From IMG/VR virus record IMGVR_UViG_3300024259_002152, positions 186,001-250,000 of that record: a stretch of DNA of 64,000 nucleotides; one strand, written 5' to 3'. Positions 46,035 through 54,010 of this stretch are shown in pieces (position 1 is the stretch's first letter; every line of letters begins with the position of its first letter). The translations under genes and the position numbers were made by a program. Under the pieces are notes generated by a model that searched no databases, was not told where the DNA came from, and saw only the letters and a program-made list of their open reading frames with translations.

Positions 46035-48548
46035 GTGAATAAAGATTTTATCTTATCGGTTTTGAAGAAAGTGAGATTTTTGTTTCCTTTCGTGGTGGAC
46101 TCACCTCATGAGGTTCTTGGGGAGTTGGCGCAAATAATTCCATCTCGATATATGATATTTCCTTGTGATATTATAGATCTTAGACAGTTTATTAGAGAGG
46201 ATAAGATTTCATCTTCGAATCCTATACTGTTTTTTTCTCAAAAATTTGCAGATAAATATTTGAAAGAATATTCAGTGTTTTTAGTTCTTGACTCTCATGT
46301 AGATGTTGTGAATGATCTATACGGAGGTGTTCAAGTTAATTATTGCGATGAACTCCCTTTGTCTCATCTACTTGTTAGAATCCTTATTAACGAACCATCT
46401 GCAAATAACTCTTTCGATGTTGTTAAAAACTTAATGGAAGAATTTAATTTAGGGGTAGAATGTTTGGTATCAAATAGTGTTCCTGGTATTTCTGGTCCTA
46501 GCAAAAAATTGTCATATATAATAGAACCTAAAAAGGCACAAAGAACTATAGGTGTTCCTTCAGACCTCCCTCTTACTCCAAAAGAAAACGATATATTTGA
46601 GTTCTTGAGACAAGTTAAAAAAGATTACAATCTTGATATTCAAATGAGGGTGGCAGGAGGATGGGTCAGAGATAAGATTCTTGGTAAAGAAAGTGATGAT
46701 ATAGATATAGCTGTAGATATGCCAGGTTATGATTTTGCTAAATTGGTGGCCCAAGCTGCCTTTAAGAGCAATATATCTCATGACCCTAAAGCGTATAATG
46801 TTAGTTTAGACAAAGATGCAGACCCAGCCACGAGAGTTGATGATGACAATCTGATGGTAGGGGCTGTAGATTTATTTGGTCAGAAAATAGAATTTGTTCC
46901 AATGAGAACAGAGCACTATCCTGATCCTCAAAGCAGAAAACCTAAAATTACCACAACGAATGATCCAAGAGAAGATGTGAAAAGAAGAGATCTTACAATC
47001 AATTCTATTTATTATAATATAGATACTGGTCAAGTAGATGATTTTGTAGGAGGAGTAGAGGATTTAGGTTTGGAAAGCGGAAAAATGATATTAAGAACAC
47101 CAGATGATGCCAAAAAAACTTATGAAGAAGATCCATTAAGGTTGCTGAGAGCTTTGCGCTTTCATAGTCGTTATCCCAATAGCGAATTAGATCCAGATAT
47201 AATCAAATCAATGTCAGACCCAGACATACAAGAATCTTATGTCAAGAAAGTTGCTGCGTCAAGAGCTGGACCTGAGATAATGAAAATGTTAGTGGGGGAT
47301 AATCCTACTGCATCTTTAAAACTATTATTTGAGAGCGGTTTATATAGGAAAGTTTTTGATGTTCCTGCAATGGGGAATATTAATCCTGATGGTATAGAGA
47401 TGGATCAAAAATCTCCTTATCACAAATATAGTTTATTAGATCATACGATAGAAGTGGTGTCTAATCTTAATAGTATTATGAAAGAGAATGAAGAGCCCGA
47501 TGATATGAGAGGACTTATGAATCTTGCTGCTGTTTTTCATGATTTCGGAAAAATGGATAACAAAGTTGCAAGACCTCATAAACGTCCAAGAGTTCCTGGA
47601 CATACTACTTATGTTGGGCACGAAAGAAGCTCAGAAGATATGGCAGAAGCCATATTGAAATCTATTAACGTGCCAAAAGAAAAAAGAAATTTAGTTAATA
47701 CTGTTATTAAAACACATATGTATCCTCATGATGCTTCGGATTGGAGTAGTAAAAATAAAGGTCCAGGTAATTTTATTGAAAAATTAAAAATAAAAGGCAA
47801 AGGTGGAGTAGATGATTTGTGGAAGTATGTGTTTTATCATGGTCAAGCTGATGCCATGTCGTCTAATCCTGAGACATATGATGAGCAAAAATATAATCAA
47901 GGAAAAGAGTGGTTTGAGCAATATCGTTCTGAACCATCGACAGAATTTACCAGATTTCAAGGAACGTTAATAGATGGTAACGTAGTGGATAATCTCAGGC
48001 AGCAAATAGAGCAGCAGAGACAAGTTCGTATCAGAAAAAACATTATCAGTGATGCTTTACATTTTATTTTACAACAGCAATATACAGGTAATATTGATAT
48101 GTCTTTTGCTTCATTGCCAGAAGGAGCAGATAGAGAGAAAGCTATGAATAAGTCTATTAATGATGCTACTAATAAAGTCAAAGGGTGGATGCTTAATGTG
48201 CATAATAAATATTTAGAACCACCTAAGGGAGGACAGGTTATGGGGTCTAATTGGTTTAAAAAAGTAAAAACTGCACAAGTAGCTGCTCTATCAGGAGATG
48301 TGCAAACTCAAGATCCAGAGATAAAGAAAGGTCCAAAAGAAGCTCTTCCAAAATATCAAGTTGGTATGAAGGTAAGAGATAGAAGAAATTCTGTATCTCA
48401 ACAACAGACCTATGGGGTGGTAGAAGCAATAAAAGGTAATAAAATGAAGATAGTTTGGAATCCTGATAGTAAAGAAAAAAGACAAGAAGAAGTTGTCGAT
48501 ATGGTGGAAAATACTGAAATTTTATCTTTAATTGTTGCGGAGGTATAA
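46035..48548 (+). CDS. cca: Class II CCA tRNA nucleotidyltransferase with HD domain and N- and C-terminal extensions
   Basis: RVAGGWVRD...DDIDIA, EFVPMRTE, DVKRRDLTINS, EDPLRLLRALRF, LLDHT, FHDFGK, YVGHE. Confidence 0.9.
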   Translation: MNKDFILSVLKKVRFLFPFVVDSPHEVLGELAQIIPSRYMIFPCDIIDLRQFIREDKISSSNPILFFSQKFADKYLKEYSVFLVLDSHVDVVNDLYGGVQVNYCDELPLSHLLVRILINEPSANNSFDVVKNLMEEFNLGVECLVSNSVPGISGPSKKLSYIIEPKKAQRTIGVPSDLPLTPKENDIFEFLRQVKKDYNLDIQMRVAGGWVRDKILGKESDDIDIAVDMPGYDFAKLVAQAAFKSNISHDPKAYNVSLDKDADPATRVDDDNLMVGAVDLFGQKIEFVPMRTEHYPDPQSRKPKITTTNDPREDVKRRDLTINSIYYNIDTGQVDDFVGGVEDLGLESGKMILRTPDDAKKTYEEDPLRLLRALRFHSRYPNSELDPDIIKSMSDPDIQESYVKKVAASRAGPEIMKMLVGDNPTASLKLLFESGLYRKVFDVPAMGNINPDGIEMDQKSPYHKYSLLDHTIEVVSNLNSIMKENEEPDDMRGLMNLAAVFHDFGKMDNKVARPHKRPRVPGHTTYVGHERSSEDMAEAILKSINVPKEKRNLVNTVIKTHMYPHDASDWSSKNKGPGNFIEKLKIKGKGGVDDLWKYVFYHGQADAMSSNPETYDEQKYNQGKEWFEQYRSEPSTEFTRFQGTLIDGNVVDNLRQQIEQQRQVRIRKNIISDALHFILQQQYTGNIDMSFASLPEGADREKAMNKSINDATNKVKGWMLNVHNKYLEPPKGGQVMGSNWFKKVKTAQVAALSGDVQTQDPEIKKGPKEALPKYQVGMKVRDRRNSVSQQQTYGVVEAIKGNKMKIVWNPDSKEKRQEEVVDMVENTEILSLIVAEV

Positions 48549-48549
48549 A

Positions 48550-49440
48550 ATGTTACAGGTTGGTTATGGAGGTTATTATTTGGTAGGGGGCAACGTAACA
48601 GAATATGTCGATTCTCCGACATATTATGAGCCTGGTTTTAATGTTATGTACCCAATAGAAATAGCCGCTCCTAAGTCAGATCGTTTTTTCATTCTTATCA
48701 GGAAAAGAGAAGATGAGTCGGGAGATGGTTTTGCCAATTTGGTTGCTACAAATGTTTCAGCGACAGCAGTTGACGCCACTAATGGAGAAAGTCTATTAGT
48801 AAGGACTTCTAATAACACTTTACATCCCGCTTGGAATCAAGATCCATCTTCTACTACTCCTGTTCTCCTACAGATAGATAATCAGTTGGACATGGTTAAT
48901 ACTATTTTAAGAGTAAGAGTAATTGATTGTAAAGTGAAAGATTCGACAGATAATAGTTTTATCAATTTTAGAGTGATTATAGAAGAAGATCCTGAAGATT
49001 TATATTTCAATTATATTCCTGTGCATAGGAGAATATATCCCGATAGAAATACTTTTAGTATTGCTGGTAGGTCAGCATATGTAACATTAAGAAATGATAG
49101 CGATGCTTATTTATTAGTGTCCCCCTATGCTTGGTTAAAGGAAGACACAAAGGATAAGTCAGATTTTTCTTATCCTCAAGATACATTTTATTATCAAATA
49201 GAGAATACTTACAATAGCGAAGACTTTACATTTGCATTATCAAGTTATAGTGATTCTTTTGTGGCTGAACATGTGTCTGTGTTAAATGTCCCAGGGAACA
49301 AAAAAGTAGCTCTTATTTTAATAGATAATGCTATTTATGATTATATATTTCAGTTGAGAAGTGGCGTAAGTTTAGTAATATCTGTTGTGGGAGAACTTAG
49401 TGGTATAGAAGATACGTTTACGGTCAACCTTAATGTATAG
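48550..49440 (+). CDS. Beta-rich hypothetical protein (possibly structural)
   Basis: GGAGG SD before ATG 48550; aromatic, Asn/Thr-rich composition. Confidence 0.55.
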   Translation: MLQVGYGGYYLVGGNVTEYVDSPTYYEPGFNVMYPIEIAAPKSDRFFILIRKREDESGDGFANLVATNVSATAVDATNGESLLVRTSNNTLHPAWNQDPSSTTPVLLQIDNQLDMVNTILRVRVIDCKVKDSTDNSFINFRVIIEEDPEDLYFNYIPVHRRIYPDRNTFSIAGRSAYVTLRNDSDAYLLVSPYAWLKEDTKDKSDFSYPQDTFYYQIENTYNSEDFTFALSSYSDSFVAEHVSVLNVPGNKKVALILIDNAIYDYIFQLRSGVSLVISVVGELSGIEDTFTVNLNV

Positions 49441-49449
49441 GAGCGGGTA

Positions 49450-49962
49450 ATGGGATGGTTTAAAGAGTCACAAAATGAAAATTTTATAGAAAAAGTAAAG
49501 GATATTTTAAAAAAACATTCTTTCACTAACGCAATATCTAACTACTATCATATTCCCATTAGTGAAGTCGATACTCATCTAGAAATAGAGGTGTGTGATC
49601 TTCATGGGAAATTTGCAGAAGGAAATGGTAAATTAATAAGAATAGATAAAAAGTTGTTAGATAATGACTTCTTTGATGAAAATTTTCACTTTGTGATCCA
49701 CGAATTTTTCCATTGGTTGAAGAGAAGGTCAGAAAATAAATTTTACTTCAACGATCCAGAAGAAGTCCAAAGTTTTGTTTTGCAGATGGCTTGGAATTTG
49801 ATAAATGGGAAAAGCGAAGAAGAAGTAACTAGAAAGATTTATCCCATCATTAAGGCTCATTTTAAAGATCAAAATAAATTTGAAGATGTATTTACAGAAA
49901 TGTTAAATAAAGCAATTAATCTCTATCAGATTTATCAGAGAGGGGGAGAATTTTCGATTTAA
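49450..49962 (+). CDS. Putative zincin metallopeptidase with N-terminal MGWFKESQ motif
   Basis: VIHEFFHW (HExxH) with downstream DPEEVQSF. Confidence 0.65.
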   Translation: MGWFKESQNENFIEKVKDILKKHSFTNAISNYYHIPISEVDTHLEIEVCDLHGKFAEGNGKLIRIDKKLLDNDFFDENFHFVIHEFFHWLKRRSENKFYFNDPEEVQSFVLQMAWNLINGKSEEEVTRKIYPIIKAHFKDQNKFEDVFTEMLNKAINLYQIYQRGGEFSI

Positions 49963-49992
49963 ATATAAATAGATATTTTTTACGGAGATATT

Positions 49993-50709
49993 ATGAAAAG
50001 AATAAAAGTAACGCATTTTTTGCAAGATCCTGCACTTTGTGCAGTAGCCGCAGTCGCTGTTGTAGCAAATTTTTATAATCCAGAGATAACTTATGAGCAT
50101 GTGAAGAAAGTGGCTCATAGAAAAATTAGTAAAAAAATATCCGATGATGGACTATATTCTTCTCAAATATGTATGCTCCTTAATCTTCTAGGATTTCAGA
50201 ATGTATCTTTAGTTACTAGTGATTTTTCATGTATAGATTATTCCTGGTGTGATTATGGAAAAAGAAAGATGAAAGAAGTCCTAGAACAATCAATTTATAC
50301 TAAAAAAGAGAAAGAAGAGAGAGCTTTAACCAAAAATCTTTATAAATGGTATACGTTACAAGGTTATAACAATAGTATTAAAATTGATTATAATTTTGGC
50401 AGGTATATTAGAAAGCAATTAAATAAAAGAAAGCCTCTCATTTTGTCTTTTAATTGGACTATGTTTTTTAAGTTTGCTAAAGAGGGAGAAGTCGGACCAG
50501 ATCCAATAAATGGGGAGTCTGAGGAGCATGCTGTAGTTGCGAATGGTTATGATAAAAATGGAGTATGGGTAGTGGACTCTCATCATAATTACTACACCTA
50601 TAATAGGAAAAAGTATAGAAGAGGTTTTTACAAGATATCTTGGGAAAATTTATTCACTATTATGGGTGAGGGAGATGTGATTATTCCTAATGATTATTAT
50701 ATTGAATAA
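49993..50709 (+). CDS. C39-like (papain-fold) cysteine peptidase
   Basis: HFLQDPALCAVAA (Gln/Cys), KPLIL, EHAVVANGYD...VVDS (His/Asp). Confidence 0.78.
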   Translation: MKRIKVTHFLQDPALCAVAAVAVVANFYNPEITYEHVKKVAHRKISKKISDDGLYSSQICMLLNLLGFQNVSLVTSDFSCIDYSWCDYGKRKMKEVLEQSIYTKKEKEERALTKNLYKWYTLQGYNNSIKIDYNFGRYIRKQLNKRKPLILSFNWTMFFKFAKEGEVGPDPINGESEEHAVVANGYDKNGVWVVDSHHNYYTYNRKKYRRGFYKISWENLFTIMGEGDVIIPNDYYIE

Positions 50710-50721
50710 GAGAAAATATTT

Positions 50722-52296
50722 ATGGCTTTTGACAGATATGTAGAGGGGTTTGATCAGTGCGAGCCTCCTGTATGTCCTGAAGATATAGTTATAACTATTA
50801 TCAGTGTTAGTTGCACAGAAGACAAGATGCTGCATGTAGAATGGTTGGTTACCGATAAATATAATAGAGATATTAATGGTAACTATTTAGCATGGTCTTG
50901 TGATAATCAGGATTTAGATACTACTGTTTTTCCTTCCATAGGTCCTACTTCTTATGTCTCTTATTTTGATATCTCTAGCTGTATGGGGATTATTTATTTT
51001 AAAATAAAGGTAAGAATTGGAACTACTTTTTTTGAGGGGGATTTAGAAGCGTTCGATACAGCACTATGTACGTCAAGCGATACAGCAGTTCCAGCATCAT
51101 GGTGCGGGGATTGTCCTGATGGAGTTTCTACACCTCCTCCATATCTACTGTATGTGATATCATCTACTGTTCCTTCATATCCTACATATTTTGACTATGC
51201 AGGGTTATGCTGGTATGTAGATGATAATGAGAATGAAATTTCTATAAGGGATTTGCCAGAAGGAGCTATTTTAACTGGAGCAAGTGAAATATATTCATCT
51301 TGTGAAGACTGTTGCTTACAATTAGATTGTCCTAGTCCTTGGGTAGAATTGCCAGCAGATATTCAAGCATTTGCGGGAGAAAAGGTGGGAGTCTTTTATT
51401 TTGAATATCAGACTTATGATGTTGCAGATCAGTTATTCGTTATTAGGAACTTTTTTGAGCCAGATGATTGTCTCACTGATGATGATGGAAATCTTTTACC
51501 TCCCCCTGATAATAAGATACTATTTGATACGGGTTGTGTGAGTACTAATTTACAGGATTGTCCATCTTTTTTCGTAGATGATCCCCTCTGTATGGATTTT
51601 GCTGCTGCTACTTATGGTTTTTGTGTTAGGGTTAGGGAGGGAGAGTTACCAATAGGTATTCTTAATGTTTGTAATTGTAATGATACCGAAGGCACTTATT
51701 GGAGAATATGTAGTATAGATCCTGATCGCAACATTTCTAATTGGGAAGGTGGAGATGAATGTTTATGCACGGATATGAGTTCTTCAAGCAGTTCTAGCTT
51801 AAGTAGTTCAAGTAGTTCAAGTTCAAGTTCAAGTTCAAGTAGTTCTAGTTCTAGTAGTTCTAGTTCTAGTTCTAGTAGCTCTAGTTCTAGTAGTTCTAGT
51901 TCTAGTTCTAGTTCTAGTTCTAGTTCTAGTAGTTCTAGTAGTTCTAGTAGTTCTAGTTCTAGCAGTTCTAGTTCTAGTAGTTCTAGTAGTTCTAGTAGTT
52001 CAAGTAGTTCAAGTAGTTCTAGTAGTTCTAGTAGTTCAAGTTCAAGTAGTTCTAGCAGTTCGAGTTTAAGTAGTTCGAGTAGCTCTCAAAACTTATGGTA
52101 TCATGCGGCTACAGGATGGACGGGGTCAGGATGCACAGGTATACCTGCTGGTTTGGTGCTCATCTGTCTTCCATCAGGTGTTGCGAATGGAAGATGTTAT
52201 AATGGAAGCTTCTCGGGTCTTCCGAGCGGATGCACAACCCTCGGACCAACAACTCCGTGCTCTGCAATAGATGGGACATATACTGGACCTTGTTAG
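50722..52296 (+). CDS. Cys-rich protein with poly-Ser tract and unique C-terminal tip (paralogue A1)
   Basis: MAFDRYVEGFDQCEPPVCP N-terminus; ~350-aa conserved Cys-rich region; Ser tract; ~70-aa Cys/Gly/Thr tip. Confidence 0.8.
   Translation: MAFDRYVEGFDQCEPPVCPEDIVITIISVSCTEDKMLHVEWLVTDKYNRDINGNYLAWSCDNQDLDTTVFPSIGPTSYVSYFDISSCMGIIYFKIKVRIGTTFFEGDLEAFDTALCTSSDTAVPASWCGDCPDGVSTPPPYLLYVISSTVPSYPTYFDYAGLCWYVDDNENEISIRDLPEGAILTGASEIYSSCEDCCLQLDCPSPWVELPADIQAFAGEKVGVFYFEYQTYDVADQLFVIRNFFEPDDCLTDDDGNLLPPPDNKILFDTGCVSTNLQDCPSFFVDDPLCMDFAAATYGFCVRVREGELPIGILNVCNCNDTEGTYWRICSIDPDRNISNWEGGDECLCTDMSSSSSSSLSSSSSSSSSSSSSSSSSSSSSSSSSSSSSSSSSSSSSSSSSSSSSSSSSSSSSSSSSSSSSSSSSSSSSSSSSSSSSSSSSSSSSSSSLSSSSSSQNLWYHAATGWTGSGCTGIPAGLVLICLPSGVANGRCYNGSFSGLPSGCTTLGPTTPCSAIDGTYTGPC
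51778..52086 (+). repeat. Poly-Ser coding tract (103 codons: 101 Ser, 2 Leu by hand count)
   Basis: Mosaic of AGT TCT, AGT AGT TCT, AGT TCA and AGT TCG units. Confidence 0.95.
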
Positions 52297-52327
52297 GTGT
52301 AAAAATATTAAATAAGAGAAAAATAAT

Positions 52328-54010
52328 ATGTTAGATTGTCAAGTAATAACAGAAAACGATGATATCTTTATTTGTAAAAAGATGGGAGAAAGAACCCATT
52401 TTAAAGATTTTAAAATACACAAATCTCAATGTGAGCAGTGCGTGAAAGATGAAGAAATAGTGCTAAGACAGTTTGAAAATAATTTTTATTTTAGCTGTTT
52501 GATAAGTGTCGATCAAATAGATAAATTAGAGAATAAAGAAGAGATTATAGAAAATACTTTAGAATATTTTAGGCATTCTGAAAATGATCCAGATTTAGTA
52601 AATAAATTAAAATCTATGTTATTCTATTTTGTTATGAATCCTAGATTTAAATTTGATCCTATGGACAAATTGAGGTTGGAATATATTTTAAATAATATTG
52701 AAAATTTGAATTTATCGGAATCAATGGAAAGTTTTATTAACGATGATGAAAATTTATATAATTTTTATAAAAAGAACTTATTGGATTTAATGAGTAGTAA
52801 TATAGATGTTTTTAAAAATAGTATTAAACAACAATTAGAAATGGTGGTCGTTACAAAAGATTTTGCTATTCGATTTTTTGGGGAAAATAAAGACAAATTT
52901 GATGATGCTTTTTGTGCCGATTTTCATAAGTCTTTAAAAGAGTATGATAATAATATGGGGAGGATGAAGAAAGATCCTAATTTCGTTCCTGTTTTTAAAG
53001 TATCTTTAATAGATAAAATAAAGGGGGCAAAAGAAGCATTTAAAAGAATAGTAAAGAAATCTAAAGAAGAAGGAAAAGATGCTTTATGGATCAGCGAGAA
53101 AAAAATAATAGAAAGGCAAGTTTGTTGTACTACCTGCACGGATGGAGGAAGTTGTCCTTATTGTGGTTGCCAGATAAAGAAATCATGGTTTTTACCGCTA
53201 GGAAAATCAGAATTGTCAACTGAGGGCTGTCCCAATCTCAATACTTATCCCCATCTTAAAATCTTTCCCTCAAAAAATTATTGGGAAGTGTGTGAAGAAA
53301 AAACTTCTGTGATTATAGTCGCAAGAAATGAAGAAAATTTGAATAAAACTCTTGGAAGTCTTATTGCTAATGCAACAGGAGAAATAGAAATATTAGTTGG
53401 ATTAGATGGGTGCAGATATGATGTTATAAATAATGAAAAAGTTGCTACTTTACAATTTAATCAACATATAGGTAGGAGAAAAATATCTAATCAATTAGTT
53501 AAGTTGGCTACTGGGAAATACTTATTTGAAGTTGATGCTCATTGTGCTGTTTCTTATGGGTGGGATACTAGGTTAAAATGTGTGTGTGATGATAATATTA
53601 TTGTCGGATGTTCTGTTAATTCTATCGATGAAAAATTATGGGGATGTGATGAGGATATTAAATGGGTGGGAGGGAAAATAATAGAAGATGCAAAATGGAA
53701 ATGGGATAAAATTGATAATAATGTTGAGAAGATAGAAGAGGTAGAGAGTTTTAATGCTTGCGGATGGATGATAAGAAAAGATTATTTTGAAAAATTAGAT
53801 GGTCATGATGAAGATCTTGGAGAATGGGGATGGGAGAATGTTGAGTGGACATTAAAGAATAAATCTAATAGTGGTAGAATTATTATAAGAACAGATGTTA
53901 TAGTATCACATCTGTTTCGGAAACAGTATCCCTATGAAATAAAAGGATTAAAGTATAATGATGTAATACAAATATTAAAAAATAAAGACATTTACAAACA
54001 GGGTGTCTAA
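52328..54010 (+). CDS. Glycosyltransferase with polypeptide-GalNAc-transferase-like GT-A domain and Cys-cluster N-terminal region
   Basis: TSVIIVARNE, DAHC (DxH), WGWENVE, SHLFRK; upstream CCTTC...CPYCGC...GCP cluster. Confidence 0.78.
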   Translation: MLDCQVITENDDIFICKKMGERTHFKDFKIHKSQCEQCVKDEEIVLRQFENNFYFSCLISVDQIDKLENKEEIIENTLEYFRHSENDPDLVNKLKSMLFYFVMNPRFKFDPMDKLRLEYILNNIENLNLSESMESFINDDENLYNFYKKNLLDLMSSNIDVFKNSIKQQLEMVVVTKDFAIRFFGENKDKFDDAFCADFHKSLKEYDNNMGRMKKDPNFVPVFKVSLIDKIKGAKEAFKRIVKKSKEEGKDALWISEKKIIERQVCCTTCTDGGSCPYCGCQIKKSWFLPLGKSELSTEGCPNLNTYPHLKIFPSKNYWEVCEEKTSVIIVARNEENLNKTLGSLIANATGEIEILVGLDGCRYDVINNEKVATLQFNQHIGRRKISNQLVKLATGKYLFEVDAHCAVSYGWDTRLKCVCDDNIIVGCSVNSIDEKLWGCDEDIKWVGGKIIEDAKWKWDKIDNNVEKIEEVESFNACGWMIRKDYFEKLDGHDEDLGEWGWENVEWTLKNKSNSGRIIIRTDVIVSHLFRKQYPYEIKGLKYNDVIQILKNKDIYKQGV

